From: a virus
Taxonomy: Duplodnaviria; Heunggongvirae; Uroviricota; Caudoviricetes
Virus record (IMG/VR): IMGVR_UViG_2744054914_000003
Strand: one strand, 5' to 3'
Length of the DNA stretch: 42,128 nucleotides
Each line of letters starts with the position of its first letter. Position 1 is the first letter of the stretch. The notes beneath the pieces were generated by a model. It was given only the letters and a program-made list of their open reading frames with translations, ran no database searches and was not told the origin of the DNA. Shown piece after piece: positions 18,017 to 29,276 of this stretch. Made by a program: the position numbers and the translations under genes.

Positions 18017-18524
18017 GATTGTCATCGCGGCATTTTTCTTCTCTGCCTTTGGGGCGCTCGTCTGGTCTGCAAACCATTACCACAGCAAGTATCAGGCAGA
18101 AAAGTTGCGGGCTGATAAAGCGGAAGGTGAAGCTGAATATCAAGGGAAAGTGATAGCTAATCAGGCATTAAACTTCAATCGTTTTAACCAGATAGCAGAA
18201 AACGCAAGCCGATTAAATTCTCTGGTCGACATCGGTCACGAGAAGACAGTCATCAAATACCGTGAGGTTCTGCTCCGTGAAAAGAACTGTGATTTCCCTG
18301 TTCCTGTTGATATTGCTGTCGGGTTGCTCAACTACGCGAACCGTTTACGCGCCAGCGCATTGCACGCCGATTCCGGGGACATTGACTCAGCCGGTGATCG
18401 TGCCACTACCACCAGAACGTTGACATATTGCCAGGCTGTTCTGTGGATTAACCCACTGTTGGCGGCCATCGAGAAGGCGAATAACCAGTTGGCTGGTGTC
18501 CGACAAATAGAACAGTCCCGGTAA
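18000..18524 (+). CDS. Rz-like inner-membrane spanin
   Basis: 174-aa ORF overlapping the endolysin stop; N-terminal hydrophobic helix then coiled-coil periplasmic domain; contains embedded Rz1. Confidence 0.7.
   Translation: MKLTYKIVIAAFFFSAFGALVWSANHYHSKYQAEKLRADKAEGEAEYQGKVIANQALNFNRFNQIAENASRLNSLVDIGHEKTVIKYREVLLREKNCDFPVPVDIAVGLLNYANRLRASALHADSGDIDSAGDRATTTRTLTYCQAVLWINPLLAAIEKANNQLAGVRQIEQSR
18277..18423 (+). CDS. Rz1-like outer-membrane lipoprotein spanin, embedded in +1 frame of Rz
   Basis: 48-codon ORF found by hand translation, GTG start; signal peptide with lipobox LLSGC; Pro-rich mature part (PIPGTLTQPVIVPLPPER); below the 60-aa cutoff of the supplied track. Confidence 0.65.
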   Translation: MKRTVISLFLLILLSGCSTTRTVYAPAHCTPIPGTLTQPVIVPLPPER

Positions 18525-18585
18525 TAGCATTACAGAAGCTCTTCCAGGAGGGGCTTCGATAATGACCTGATAACTGGAAAATAAA

Positions 18586-19158
18586 ATGACTAAGAAGCTG
18601 AAAGCAAAACACGAGGTGTTTTGTCGCGAGTTTCTTGTCGATCTGAATGCTACACAAGCAGCTATTCGCGCAGGCTACGTCTCCAGGCGAGCACATGTTA
18701 CGGGGGCTGAACTATACGGTAAACCTGAGATACGCGCCCGTATTAACGAGCTAAAGCAGGAGCGTATTGATCAACTGGGCATTGATGCGAATTATGTGCT
18801 GATGCGACTGGTTGAGATCGACAGGCTCGATGTGGCTGACATCCTGGAGGACGATTTAAGTATTAAGCCTCTGTCTGCGTGGCCGGAATCGTGGCGTCGG
18901 TACCTGAGTGGATTTAACCTCGCTGAAATGTTTGAGGGGCGAGGAGATGACAGAGAAATGGTCGGGATCCTTAAAAAGATTAAGTGGCCTGATAAGGTTA
19001 AAAACCTTGAGTTGCTTGGGCGTCATGTTTCTGTTCAGGCGTTTAAAGACAACGTCAAAAATGAAGTGACTGGCGCTGATGGAGGACCCGTCAGAACAGA
19101 AATTACCAACTTAACGCCGGAGCAGGCTGCAGAGGCGTATAGAAAAATGATGGGCTAA
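18586..19158 (+). CDS. Terminase small subunit
   Basis: 190-aa ORF; N-terminal motif ([24 protein letters not shown]) typical of small terminase subunits; directly upstream of the large subunit. Confidence 0.7.
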   Translation: MTKKLKAKHEVFCREFLVDLNATQAAIRAGYVSRRAHVTGAELYGKPEIRARINELKQERIDQLGIDANYVLMRLVEIDRLDVADILEDDLSIKPLSAWPESWRRYLSGFNLAEMFEGRGDDREMVGILKKIKWPDKVKNLELLGRHVSVQAFKDNVKNEVTGADGGPVRTEITNLTPEQAAEAYRKMMG

Positions 19159-19160
19159 GT

Positions 19161-20783
19161 ATGCCGTTACCATTCCCCTTCGATTTTAAACATCCTGATT
19201 ACCAGATGGTTTTTGAATGGCGGATGGAACGCCTACAGCGCATTCGCCAGAATCCTGAAATATTGCCCGTATTGAAGCAGTTTTACCGAACCAATCCGGC
19301 TCAGTTCATCATCGACTGGGGCATGACAACGGACCCGCGTAATATTGATTATGGCCTGCCGGTGACCATTCCGTTTTTACTCTTCCCTAAGCAGGAGGAG
19401 TGGATCCACTGGATTATGGAACGCTGGGGCAATCGGGAGAATGGTATTACCGAAAAATCCCGTGAAATGGGGCTCAGTTGGACCGCGATCGGACTGGCCT
19501 GCTCGCTTTGTCTCTTCAACAAAGAAATGGTTATCGGTTTCGGCTCCCGTAAAGAGGAATACGTCGACAGCACTGGTGACCCGAAAGCATTGTTCTGGAA
19601 GGCACGCAAGTTCGTGGAAACGCTACCTGTAGAGTTTCGCGGTTCGTGGAGCGAGAAGAAGCACGCGCCATATATGCGTGTTGAGTTTCCTGAAACTGGT
19701 GCCGTTATCAAAGGCGAGGCTGGCGATAATATTGGTCGTGGTGACCGTACCACGCTTTATCTGGTTGATGAGGCTGCATTCCTTCAGCGTCCTCTGCTGA
19801 TTGATGCGGCGTTGTCACAAACGACGCGTTGCCGTATCGACCTGAGTTCAGTTAACGGCATGGCGAACCCGTTCGCTCAGAAGCGTCATGGCGGGAAGAT
19901 ACCGGTATTCACATTCCACTGGCGGGATGATCCTCGCAAGGATGAAGAGTGGTATCGCAGGGAATGCGAGAAAATCGATAATCCGGTGGTGGTGGCACAG
20001 GAACTTGATCTGAACTACAGCGCATCAGCGGAAGGCGTCCTGATTCCATCCGAATGGGTACAGGCTGCCGTTGATGCGCATATCAAACTGGGTATCCAGC
20101 CAACAGGCAAACGACTTGGCGCGATGGATGTCGCCGACGAAGGCAGGGACAAAAATGCCTTTTCCACCCGTCATGGCTTCCTCCTGGAAAATGTGCGGGA
20201 ATGGTCCGGTGTGGGCAGCGACATTTATCAGTCCGTCGAGAAGGTTTTCGGCTTTTGCGAACAGGATAACCTCGAAGAGTTTCGCTTTGACGAGGACGGG
20301 CTGGGCGCTGGCGTTCGCGGCGATGCACGCGCTATCAACGAACTGCGTAACGCTGTGCGTCGACCGTCAATACTCGCCACACCGTTTCGAGGTAGTGGCG
20401 CGGTATTTGATCCGGATGATGAAGCTGTTCGCGGGGACAACGGGCAAGCCGCACGTCTGAACAAGGACTTCTTCGCTAACGCCAAAGCCCAGAGCTGGTG
20501 GCGGTTACGTAAACTTTTTCAGAATACCTGGCGCGCCGTGGTTGAAGGTATGGCTTACAACCCGGACGAAATCATCTCAATCAGCAGTAGCATGGCACTC
20601 AAAGATAAACTCATCATCGAGCTTTCGCAGCCGACCTATTCCATTAATGGTGTGGGAAAAATCGTTATTGATAAACAGCCTGATGGAACCCGATCGCCAA
20701 ACCTTGCCGACTCGGTGATGATCAACTATGCCCCAATGAATTCAGCCCTGAACATCTGGGAGCTGCTAGGGAGACAGGCCTGA
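19161..20783 (+). CDS. Terminase large subunit
   Basis: 540-aa ORF following TerS; Walker-B-like LYLVDEAAF; TGATG overlap with the portal gene. Confidence 0.65.
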   Translation: MPLPFPFDFKHPDYQMVFEWRMERLQRIRQNPEILPVLKQFYRTNPAQFIIDWGMTTDPRNIDYGLPVTIPFLLFPKQEEWIHWIMERWGNRENGITEKSREMGLSWTAIGLACSLCLFNKEMVIGFGSRKEEYVDSTGDPKALFWKARKFVETLPVEFRGSWSEKKHAPYMRVEFPETGAVIKGEAGDNIGRGDRTTLYLVDEAAFLQRPLLIDAALSQTTRCRIDLSSVNGMANPFAQKRHGGKIPVFTFHWRDDPRKDEEWYRRECEKIDNPVVVAQELDLNYSASAEGVLIPSEWVQAAVDAHIKLGIQPTGKRLGAMDVADEGRDKNAFSTRHGFLLENVREWSGVGSDIYQSVEKVFGFCEQDNLEEFRFDEDGLGAGVRGDARAINELRNAVRRPSILATPFRGSGAVFDPDDEAVRGDNGQAARLNKDFFANAKAQSWWRLRKLFQNTWRAVVEGMAYNPDEIISISSSMALKDKLIIELSQPTYSINGVGKIVIDKQPDGTRSPNLADSVMINYAPMNSALNIWELLGRQA

Positions 20784-22249
20784 TGGCACGAAACAAACAA
20801 GCCCTGCGGCGAACTGCGCAGGCCACAGCTGATGGTTATGAGAATTTTATTGCCCGCGTAGGGATGCAGACACCTAACCAGCACTCAGCATCCACCTACC
20901 GGGCTAATTTCACCAGTCGTAACCGCATGCTGGTGGAATGGTCCTATCGTTCATCCTGGATCATCGGCGAAGCAGTCGATGCTATCCCGGATGATATGAC
21001 CCGCAAAGGCATTCGCATCACTTCGGAAATTGATGCAAAAGATCGTGGCATTCTCGAATCACAACTGGATGAGTTGCAAATCTGGGATGCGCTGAATGAC
21101 GTGCTGAAATGGTCGCGCCTCTACGGCGGCGCGGTGGGTTTCATCATGATTGAGGGGCAGGCACCAATGACCCCGCTGCGACCCGAAACCATCGGTAAGG
21201 GCAAGTTTAAGGGGATTCTCCCGCTCGACCGCTGGATGATTGCCCCGGTACTGACCCGCCGCATTAAAGATATGGGGCCGGACCTGGGTAAACCTGAGTT
21301 TTATGATGTGGTGACCACAGCAACGGGAATTCCTGCCTGGCGCATTCATCACAGTCGCCTGATTCGCTTTGATGGCGTCACGCTGCCATTTCAGCAGAAG
21401 ATGACCGAGAACGAATGGGGAATGTCGGTTGTAGAGCGTATCTGGGATCGTCTTACCGCGTTCGACAGCGCTACTGTCGGTGCGGCGCAGCTGGTCTACA
21501 AGGCGCATTTGCGTACCTACAGCGTGGAGAAGCTACGCGAGCTTATCGCACTTGGTGGTCCTGCGTATGAAGCGTTGCTGAAGAATATTGACCTGATTCG
21601 ACAGTTCCAGAGCAATGAAGGTATGACGCTCATGGACTCGCGGGATAAGTTTGAAACCCATCAGTACAGCTTCAGTGGTCTGGATGACATCCTTTCACAG
21701 TTTGCAGAACAGATTAGTGGCGCTGTTGGTATCCCACTGGTGCGGTTGTTCGGACAGTCCCCGAAGGGATTTTCTACTGGCGATGCAGACCTTGCCAACT
21801 ATTACGACCGGGTAAGTTCGTTGCAGGAGAGGCGTTTACGTCTTCCGGTGCGGCGGATACTGGACATCATGCATCGTTCGGAACTTGGCAAGCCGCTCCC
21901 GGATGATTTCACATTTGAGTTTAACCCGCTCTGGCAAATGTCTGATGTCGATCGTTCAACGGTGGCATTAAATACCACCAACGCAATCAGTACAGCGCTG
22001 GGTGATGGTCTGATGACACTGAAAGCTGCTATGACTGATTTGCGCGAAAATTCTGACGTAACCGGCATAGGGGCATCCATTACCGACGAGGACATCGAGA
22101 ATGCCGAAGATGAAGCGCCGCCCGGCATCGGCGAACCTGATGACGAACCGCAGGAACCGTCAGGCGGAAATCCGCTATCGAACCAGCCTACGCAGGATAG
22201 CGCGGGCGGTCGGGGACATCGTAAATGGTCGCTACGATGGTTCAAATGA
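20783..22249 (+). CDS. Portal protein
   Basis: 488-aa ORF at the canonical position after terminase; acidic C-terminal tail. Confidence 0.65.
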   Translation: MARNKQALRRTAQATADGYENFIARVGMQTPNQHSASTYRANFTSRNRMLVEWSYRSSWIIGEAVDAIPDDMTRKGIRITSEIDAKDRGILESQLDELQIWDALNDVLKWSRLYGGAVGFIMIEGQAPMTPLRPETIGKGKFKGILPLDRWMIAPVLTRRIKDMGPDLGKPEFYDVVTTATGIPAWRIHHSRLIRFDGVTLPFQQKMTENEWGMSVVERIWDRLTAFDSATVGAAQLVYKAHLRTYSVEKLRELIALGGPAYEALLKNIDLIRQFQSNEGMTLMDSRDKFETHQYSFSGLDDILSQFAEQISGAVGIPLVRLFGQSPKGFSTGDADLANYYDRVSSLQERRLRLPVRRILDIMHRSELGKPLPDDFTFEFNPLWQMSDVDRSTVALNTTNAISTALGDGLMTLKAAMTDLRENSDVTGIGASITDEDIENAEDEAPPGIGEPDDEPQEPSGGNPLSNQPTQDSAGGRGHRKWSLRWFK

Positions 22250-22874
22250 CAGTATCACGGAAATTATTGAGGCGCTGGAACGCTACAGTGAAATCATAAC
22301 CCCCTGGGCGACAAAGGTCGCGGAAAACTTTACCGCCGACATTGTGCGCAAGAATGATGAGCAGTGGCGTAAACACAGCAAAACCATCAGCCGTGAGCTA
22401 CGCAATCTGGTAAACAGTGCCCCTCCAGGGCAGGTGATGAAATCCATCGTTGCTGAACAGGTTAAGTACATCAAATCGCTACCCCTCGAGGCGGCTGACA
22501 GGGTGTACGACATCCAGAATCGGGCGATTGATGCTGTTGTGACCGGTGGGAGAGCGGAACATTTTGCTAAAGAAATAGCCGCATCGGGTGATATAGCAAA
22601 GTCCAGAGCTGACCTGATTGCCCGTACTGAACTTGGACGTGCAACCGGCGCGCTGGATCAGGCGCGTGCGCTGTCAATTGGTTCGAATGGTTATATCTGG
22701 CGTACAGCCGAAGATGGTGACGTCAGGCATTCTCATCGGGAAATGGAAGGTAAATTTGTCGAATGGGGCAAACCTCCAACGCTTGATGGCATGACCGGTC
22801 ACGCTGGCGAGCTCCCGAATTGTCGCTGTTATAAAGAAATCGTTTTTCCCACCTCCCATTCTTATCCCGCCTGA
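22101..22874 (+). CDS. Head morphogenesis protein (MuF / SPP1 gp7-like); start uncertain
   Basis: C-terminal region (RTELGRATGALDQ...WRTAEDGDVRHSHREMEGKF...PNCRCY) typical of MuF-like proteins; longest ORF overlaps the portal 3' end by about 150 nt. Confidence 0.6.
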   Translation: MPKMKRRPASANLMTNRRNRQAEIRYRTSLRRIARAVGDIVNGRYDGSNDSITEIIEALERYSEIITPWATKVAENFTADIVRKNDEQWRKHSKTISRELRNLVNSAPPGQVMKSIVAEQVKYIKSLPLEAADRVYDIQNRAIDAVVTGGRAEHFAKEIAASGDIAKSRADLIARTELGRATGALDQARALSIGSNGYIWRTAEDGDVRHSHREMEGKFVEWGKPPTLDGMTGHAGELPNCRCYKEIVFPTSHSYPA

Positions 22875-22888
22875 ATCGCAGGTAACAC

Positions 22889-24109
22889 ATGAAATATTTT
22901 TTCAATACCCGGCTGGGGGAAACCCGCTATCAGCTGGCTGACGGCTCGTTGCTGTGCAAAGACGTGCCGATAGGACGAACAGGTAAGCAGCTCTATGGTG
23001 CTGATGACCTGCCAAAACTGAAACCCGATAAGTTCGGTGAAATAGTCGTCACGCGTTCTCCTGAGCAGGTATTCCATCCCGCCACGCTTGCCTCATTCGA
23101 AGGAATGAGTATCACGGTGTTGCATCCCGAGGATGAAAACGGGGATGTGCGGCTGGTGAATCCAGAGAACTGGAAAGAGCTCGCGGTCGGGCATCTTCAG
23201 AATGTCCGGCGCGGGGCGGGTGTGCAGTCTGATTTGATGCTGGCTGACCTTATCGTCAAAGACGAAAACGCCATTCAGCTGATCGAAGATGGCCTGCGCG
23301 AAGTGTCGTGTGGCTATGACGCGGAATATAAACAGGCTGAGCCGGGTAAGGCTCAGCAGGTCGATATTACCGGAAACCATGTGGCTCTTGTCTCTAAAGG
23401 CAGAGCCGGAAATCGTTGTGCAATTGGAGACAGAGACACAATGGCAAATCAAAAGAAAAGCTGGTGGACCCGCATGCGCACGGCCATCAAAACGGGTGAC
23501 GCTGACACCATGAACGAACTGGTGGAGTCGGCTCCCGCATCGGTTACAGGAGATGAGGGGGATTTGCCGCAGGGCGTTAATCTCAACATCAACCTGTCCC
23601 CGCAGCAACCGCTACCGGACAAAGCACCAGAGATGGGCGGAGGTCCAACCGGCGACAGTGATGATGACCTCAAAACATTACTGAAAGCCCTGCTGGCTAA
23701 GCTGGAAGGAAATGCGACGGGCGATAACGACAATAAGCCTGACGATAATCCGACCGGTGACGGCGAGGACGATGAAGAGGAAACCACGATTACTGGTGAC
23801 TCAGCCTGGCGTGCCGAAGTTATCGTTCCGGGTATCGATCTGAGCCGTAAGATGAAACCGACCGCGTTCAAACGCGAGGTTCTGGCTTCTGCTGACAAAA
23901 CGCTGGTTCGCCAGATAGTCGGTGATGCGGATATCCGCAAATTACCGAAACAATCGGTCGACATGGCGTTTAATGCCGTGTCTGAGATTGCCAAAGGGCG
24001 AAACACCCGCGCCACCACCGGCGATGCACAGCGCCCAAACATGGGCATGACCAGTATCGCTTCCCTGAACAAACAAAACGCTGAATTCTGGGCAAACCGT
24101 AAAGGGTAA
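22889..24109 (+). CDS. Putative scaffolding/prohead protein (DUF2213-like)
   Basis: 406-aa ORF between MuF-like and capsid genes; acidic low-complexity central region. Confidence 0.45.
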   Translation: MKYFFNTRLGETRYQLADGSLLCKDVPIGRTGKQLYGADDLPKLKPDKFGEIVVTRSPEQVFHPATLASFEGMSITVLHPEDENGDVRLVNPENWKELAVGHLQNVRRGAGVQSDLMLADLIVKDENAIQLIEDGLREVSCGYDAEYKQAEPGKAQQVDITGNHVALVSKGRAGNRCAIGDRDTMANQKKSWWTRMRTAIKTGDADTMNELVESAPASVTGDEGDLPQGVNLNINLSPQQPLPDKAPEMGGGPTGDSDDDLKTLLKALLAKLEGNATGDNDNKPDDNPTGDGEDDEEETTITGDSAWRAEVIVPGIDLSRKMKPTAFKREVLASADKTLVRQIVGDADIRKLPKQSVDMAFNAVSEIAKGRNTRATTGDAQRPNMGMTSIASLNKQNAEFWANRKG

Positions 24110-24112
24110 AAA

Positions 24113-24619
24113 ATGAATAATGTATTTCTGTACCGGATGCCTGTTGGCATTGCCGGGGCCGTCTCTCGCCCGCAGGACTTAACCGTCGAACCGGTGGTCC
24201 TTAAATCCGATAACGCCTTCGCTGCCTATGGGCTGGCTGGTAAATACGATGATGACGGTTTTTTCGTACCGCTGGCAGATGGTGATACCGCAGACAAGGT
24301 GAAGGGGATCTACGTGCGCCCTTATCCGACCACTTCGCAGCCGGACATGGTTCGCCAGGTGGGGAGTGGCAAGAACTTCCCGGGCGACGCCATGAAGCGT
24401 GGCTACGTGACCGTTAATCTCGGTTCTGATTTTGATGCCAGCACCATCAAAAAAGGCGACCCGGTATACGTTGTCGTCTCCACTGATGAATCCATCAAAG
24501 TGCCGCTGGGTGGATTCATGTCCACGTCAGTCAGTGGCAAAAATGTGGTGCTGACCAACGCTGAATTCACAGGTGCCGGTGATGCTGACGGCAATGCAGA
24601 AATTTCCTGGAAGATTTAA
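24113..24619 (+). CDS. Putative capsid-associated or decoration protein
   Basis: 168-aa ORF immediately upstream of the major capsid gene. Confidence 0.4.
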   Translation: MNNVFLYRMPVGIAGAVSRPQDLTVEPVVLKSDNAFAAYGLAGKYDDDGFFVPLADGDTADKVKGIYVRPYPTTSQPDMVRQVGSGKNFPGDAMKRGYVTVNLGSDFDASTIKKGDPVYVVVSTDESIKVPLGGFMSTSVSGKNVVLTNAEFTGAGDADGNAEISWKI

Positions 24620-24630
24620 GGAACAGACGA

Positions 24631-25572
24631 ATGATTACTTTTGATCAGGCAACCGTTGACAGCTCTGGTGCCTTTCTCATCGGGGAGCTGGAGCGACTCG
24701 ACCAGACGCTGAACCTGCCACTGGTGGGGTACACCTGGACCCGCGATATTCAGTTGCGTGAAGATGTCTCCATCGCAGATGACATTTCCAGCTGGACGAA
24801 TACCAGCTTCGCCGCTGCGGGTACTGGCGCAAATCCGAATGGGAAAAACTGGGTAGGCAAAGACTCAACCGCTATTGCTGGCGTGAACGTGGATATCGGC
24901 AAATCCGGTAACCCGCTGAACCTGTGGGGGATGGAACTTGGCTGGACGGTCATAGAATTGCAGGCTGCTCAGCAGGTCGGCCGCCCGATTGATACGCAGA
25001 AGTATGACGGTATGCAACTGAAATGGCAGATGGATAACGATGAACAGGTATATGTTGGCGATTCAGCATTAAACCTGAAAGGCCTTGTTACCCTGGACGG
25101 CGTGCCTGTCAACAACGCTGCCAAAACGTGGGCAACCTCAACACCGGACGAAATCCGCGCGAGCATTAACCAGGTACTGTCTGATGCGTGGGCCGCTTCC
25201 GGTTACTCTGTGGTTCCGCGTGATTTGCTGATCCCGCCTGAGCAGTTTGCTCTGTTGTCCAGCATCATCGTTTCATCTGCGGGTAACCAGTCCCTGTTGA
25301 CGTACCTTCAGACCAACACCATCAGCTATCACCAGAACGGTGTTCCGCTGAATATCCGCGCGGTTAAATGGCTGAAAGGCCGTGGTGTGGGGAATAAGGA
25401 TCGCATGGTTGCGTACACCAACGATAAAAAATACGTCCGCTACCCGCTGGTTCCGCTTCAGAGCGTGCCGGTGCAGTATCGCGGTCTGTATCAGATCGTC
25501 ACTTACTACGGCAAGCTGGGTGCAGTCGAGCCAGTGTACAAAGAAACCCTTTCGTACGTTGATGGCATTTAA
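24631..25572 (+). CDS. Major capsid protein (DUF2184-like, as recalled)
   Basis: 313-aa ORF at the capsid position; N-terminal FLIGELERLD motif recalled for this family. Confidence 0.65.
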   Translation: MITFDQATVDSSGAFLIGELERLDQTLNLPLVGYTWTRDIQLREDVSIADDISSWTNTSFAAAGTGANPNGKNWVGKDSTAIAGVNVDIGKSGNPLNLWGMELGWTVIELQAAQQVGRPIDTQKYDGMQLKWQMDNDEQVYVGDSALNLKGLVTLDGVPVNNAAKTWATSTPDEIRASINQVLSDAWAASGYSVVPRDLLIPPEQFALLSSIIVSSAGNQSLLTYLQTNTISYHQNGVPLNIRAVKWLKGRGVGNKDRMVAYTNDKKYVRYPLVPLQSVPVQYRGLYQIVTYYGKLGAVEPVYKETLSYVDGI

Positions 25573-25613
25573 CAGCCATATGGCCCCCTGGCGGGGCCAT
25601 TAAGGATGACCCG

Positions 25614-25835
25614 ATGGCAAAAAATAATGCAGTAATACACGTACATACCCCGTTTGTGCTCACGCTTCCCGACGGTTCGCGGCGCGAGTTTGTTAAAGGC
25701 CGTCATGCTGTGGAGGAAGACGTTGCCACGCACTGGTTCACTCGTGCGCACGCGGAAGTATCCGTTGGCAAAGCCACAGACGCGCGTAACGAGGTAAAAA
25801 ATGCCAAAGAATCAAAGTCTGCCAGCGGTAAGTGA
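25614..25835 (+). CDS. Small hypothetical head-module protein
   Basis: 73-aa ORF after the capsid gene; overlaps the next gene start. Confidence 0.3.
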   Translation: MAKNNAVIHVHTPFVLTLPDGSRREFVKGRHAVEEDVATHWFTRAHAEVSVGKATDARNEVKNAKESKSASGK

Positions 25836-26208
25836 TTTTCGCCGCGACTTCCCGCAGTTTGCTGACCCTGCCAAATATCCCGAAGCGCAAATCCAGTTTC
25901 GTCTGAATCTGGCCGATGAACTGCTGAGTGAAAACGTCACCGGCAAAAAGTTGTTTCCGTACTTTGCCGGATTGTTCGTTGCGCACTACATGACGCTCTG
26001 GGCGGCAGACAGCAGAGCGATGCTGGCTGGTGGTCCGGGCGGTTCAACCAATGGTGTTCAGTCCTCAAAGTCCGTTGACAAGGTAAGCGTCAGCTATGAC
26101 ACCAGCGCGACGCTGAATCCTGATGCAGGTTTCTGGAATAACACCCGATATGGCGCTGAATTTTATCAGTTGATCACGATGTTCGGTGCAGGCGGTCGCC
26201 AGCTATGA
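25801..26208 (+). CDS. Putative head-tail connector/adaptor protein
   Basis: 135-aa ORF, GAGGT ribosome-binding site, first of four small tightly coupled genes between capsid and sheath. Confidence 0.45.
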   Translation: MPKNQSLPAVSDFRRDFPQFADPAKYPEAQIQFRLNLADELLSENVTGKKLFPYFAGLFVAHYMTLWAADSRAMLAGGPGGSTNGVQSSKSVDKVSVSYDTSATLNPDAGFWNNTRYGAEFYQLITMFGAGGRQL

Positions 26209-26759
26209 GTTTCAAAAGCGGTGTAACAACGAGGGTGGATAACGCTAAGGCCATTCTGGATGCGCTCAGGTCGTTAACCAAAAAAGATGTGCTGGTCGGC
26301 ATCCCTTCGGAAGACAGCGAGCGGGATGATGTTCCGTTTGGTAATGCGGGCATCGGTTACCTCAACGAATACGGCTCACCAGAGCAGAACATCCCGCCAC
26401 GACCTCATCTGGTCCCCGGCGTTAAATCGGCAGAAGAGCAGACGGTGCCGCAGCTCAAAACCGCGGCGCAGGCTGCTCTTGATGGTAATGCTGCGGGAGC
26501 AGAACGCGCACTCAACCGTGCCGGAACGCTGGCCGCTAATGGCGTCAGGCGTTACATGACTATTACCGGCTTTACGCCGCTTGCTGACAGCACTGTTGAA
26601 GCCCGGGCTCGTCGGGGGCGCAAGGGGGCAACACTGGAACTTGCCCGGCGTGTTGCTGGCGAATCTCCCGGAACCGATCTGGCGAAACCATTAATTGACA
26701 CCGGGCAATATCGCAGAGCTATTACCCATGTAGTGAGGGATAAAGATGCCGACTCTTGA
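26205..26759 (+). CDS. Virion protein (head-tail joining)
   Basis: 184-aa ORF, overlapping stop/start with neighbours. Confidence 0.45.
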   Translation: MSFKSGVTTRVDNAKAILDALRSLTKKDVLVGIPSEDSERDDVPFGNAGIGYLNEYGSPEQNIPPRPHLVPGVKSAEEQTVPQLKTAAQAALDGNAAGAERALNRAGTLAANGVRRYMTITGFTPLADSTVEARARRGRKGATLELARRVAGESPGTDLAKPLIDTGQYRRAITHVVRDKDADS

Positions 26760-27135
26760 TGTAACAGATGTGCTTTTTGACCCCGATTTTTGCGACTTCA
26801 ATTTGTGGGTAACACGCCGAGTGCAAACGGTGGATGAGGACGGGATCGGCAGCGACAGTGAAGTTGAAAAGCAGTTTGCCGGAGTCGTAACTGTTGATCG
26901 CTCTCTGGAAAACCGCCGTATGCAGGCAGGGCAGGTAATCAGTGGTGCAATTCTGATTGTGACGACTGAGCGACTGACGCAGGGACAGACTGGCCGTGAT
27001 GCCGATATCGTGACGTATCAGGGCCGTGATTATCGTGTGACCTTCGTCGACCCGTATACAGCTTATGGGGCCGGATTCGTTCAGGCGCATTGTGAGTTGA
27101 TGCCGTTTGATGGGGGAACTCCGGTTGAGCAATAA
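26746..27135 (+). CDS. Virion protein (head-tail joining)
   Basis: 129-aa ORF in structural operon. Confidence 0.45.
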   Translation: MPTLDVTDVLFDPDFCDFNLWVTRRVQTVDEDGIGSDSEVEKQFAGVVTVDRSLENRRMQAGQVISGAILIVTTERLTQGQTGRDADIVTYQGRDYRVTFVDPYTAYGAGFVQAHCELMPFDGGTPVEQ

Positions 27136-27673
27136 CACCAGTACAGAGCGCGGATGGTTAATACCAACCAGTGGCGATCCGGATTATGACGAAGCGCTCG
27201 ACAGGCTTTTAAGCCAGTGGATGCGTAACGTTTCCGGTCTGTCTGCCGGGATGGTTCGTCCGCGCTGGCAGAAAGAGCAACCGCCACTGCTACCGGCTGA
27301 AACGAACTGGTGTGCGTTTGGGGTTATCGGATGGTCAGGTGATGACAGTCCGGCATTCACCAGACAGACCGATGATGGCTCTCAGCTCTGGTGGCATGAA
27401 ACGATTGAGTGTATGGCTTCGTTTTATGGTCCGGCGGGGATGGTGTATGCGTCCCGGTTTCGTGACGGTATATCTGTACCGCAGAACAACGCAGCACTGA
27501 ATGCGCTGGGGCTGTCTCTTGGCGATTACACAGGTCTGACTCCCTTCCCTGAACTTATTAATCAGCAATGGGTCCGCCGCTACGATATGACGGTGCGTCT
27601 GCGCCGGAAGGTTGTGCGCGAGTACGGTATTAAATCGCTGGTGGAAGCACCAGTCATCTTTTTCGGAGATTAA
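27107..27673 (+). CDS. Virion protein (tail completion-like); start may be TTG at 27125
   Basis: 188-aa ORF directly upstream of sheath-like gene. Confidence 0.45.
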   Translation: MMGELRLSNNTSTERGWLIPTSGDPDYDEALDRLLSQWMRNVSGLSAGMVRPRWQKEQPPLLPAETNWCAFGVIGWSGDDSPAFTRQTDDGSQLWWHETIECMASFYGPAGMVYASRFRDGISVPQNNAALNALGLSLGDYTGLTPFPELINQQWVRRYDMTVRLRRKVVREYGIKSLVEAPVIFFGD

Positions 27674-27676
27674 GCT

Positions 27677-28822
27677 ATGGCACAGGGCTTGCCTGTATCA
27701 AACGTTGTTAATGTTGATGTGATCATGTCGCCGCGTGCAGCATCAGGGCGAAATTTTGGTGCATTACTCATTCTCGGCCCGTCCACAATCATTCCGGTAA
27801 GTGAGCGCATTCGCCGTTATTCTGCCGCGGAAGATATTGGAAAAGATTTTGGCGTGGAATCACCAGAATATAAGGCTGCGCAGGTGTTTTTCTCACAATC
27901 ACCGAAGCCTCAGGAGGTTTTTGTTGGTCGTTGGGTGAAAACGAAGGGAGACAGCGAACAGGCCACGCCTGAGACGCTGGAGCAGGCTGTGAATGCCATG
28001 CTTGATTATACTTCATGGTATGGGCTGGGGATTGCAGACGATGCAGATATTCCGGATGCAGACTGGCTGAAAGTGGCTGCGGCGATCGAATCCTCTTCTG
28101 TAAGCCGTATTCTGGCGATTACGACAAGCGATGAGAAATGCCTGCAGACTGCATCCAGCGATGATTTGGCATCAAAACTGAAAACCGCCGGATATTCACG
28201 CAGTTTTATTCAGTATTCATCGGGTAATAAATACGCTGCGTTATCTGCATTTGGCCGGGCATTCACGGTTAATTTTAATGGCAGTAATACCGCGATTACG
28301 CTCAAGTTTAAGCAGGAGCCGGGTGTCGGGTATGAAACACTGACAGTCAGCCAGGCATCGGCACTTGATGCAAAAAACTGCAATGTATTCGTGTACTACC
28401 AGAATGATACAGCTATCCTCCAGCAGGGAGTGATGACCAACGGTGATTTCTTTGATGAACGCCACGGCCTGGACTGGTTACAGAATTATGTGCAGACCAA
28501 CCTCTATAACCTGCTTTATACCAGCACCACGAAAGTTCCCCAGACTGAAGCCGGTATTACCCGACTGTTATCAAGTGTTGAAAAATCACTGGATCAGGCC
28601 GTTCAGAATGGACTGATTGCTCCGGGCGTATGGAACGGGGGCGACCTTGGCCAGTTGTCATCAGGTGACACGCTGCCCAAAGGTTATTACGTATACGCCC
28701 AGCCGCTGGATGAACAGGCACAATCAGAACGTGAAGCCCGTAAGGCTCCGGTGATTCAGGCTGCAATAAAACTTGCAGGCGCGGTTCATTACGCTGACGT
28801 ACAGATTAACGTTGTTCGCTAA
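27677..28822 (+). CDS. Tail sheath-like protein (DUF3383-like, as recalled)
   Basis: 381-aa ORF followed by a small tube-like protein, chaperone and tape measure, consistent with a contractile tail. Confidence 0.5.
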   Translation: MAQGLPVSNVVNVDVIMSPRAASGRNFGALLILGPSTIIPVSERIRRYSAAEDIGKDFGVESPEYKAAQVFFSQSPKPQEVFVGRWVKTKGDSEQATPETLEQAVNAMLDYTSWYGLGIADDADIPDADWLKVAAAIESSSVSRILAITTSDEKCLQTASSDDLASKLKTAGYSRSFIQYSSGNKYAALSAFGRAFTVNFNGSNTAITLKFKQEPGVGYETLTVSQASALDAKNCNVFVYYQNDTAILQQGVMTNGDFFDERHGLDWLQNYVQTNLYNLLYTSTTKVPQTEAGITRLLSSVEKSLDQAVQNGLIAPGVWNGGDLGQLSSGDTLPKGYYVYAQPLDEQAQSEREARKAPVIQAAIKLAGAVHYADVQINVVR

Positions 28823-28832
28823 GGGGAAGTGA

Positions 28833-29273
28833 ATGTCTACCTATTCTTTTATGGATGTCACTGCGACGCTGACCGGGCCGACCGGTTCGATTGACCTCGG
28901 GTACGGTTCGGCAAGTTCTGAAGAGGGGATTGTGGTTGCGATGGGCGGTCCTAAAAACACCATGACCATCGGTGCTGATGGCGAAGTGATGCACAGTCTC
29001 CATGCAGATAAAAGCGGGACGATTACCGTTAACCTTCTGAAGACATCACCGACAAATAAAAAATTGTCGCTGGCGTATAACGCACAGAGCCAGTCTTCTG
29101 CCACATGGGGGAATAACGTTATCGTGATCCGCAACAAGGTCAGCGGCGACATCATCACGGCACGCAGTGTTGCGTTCCAGAAACAACCGGATAACGCCAA
29201 CGCTAAAACCGGTAATACGATGCCGTGGGTGTTTGACTGCGGCAAGATTGACCAGGTTCTCGGGGAGTTTTAA
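28833..29273 (+). CDS. Tail tube-like protein
   Basis: 146-aa ORF directly after sheath-like gene. Confidence 0.5.
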   Translation: MSTYSFMDVTATLTGPTGSIDLGYGSASSEEGIVVAMGGPKNTMTIGADGEVMHSLHADKSGTITVNLLKTSPTNKKLSLAYNAQSQSSATWGNNVIVIRNKVSGDIITARSVAFQKQPDNANAKTGNTMPWVFDCGKIDQVLGEF

Positions 29274-29276
29274 TAC

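Noticed and set aside
23093-24150. Minus-strand ORFs (171 and 233 aa) antisense to the DUF2213-like gene
   Set aside because: Embedded antisense within the structural late operon; Ser/Pro-rich low-complexity products.
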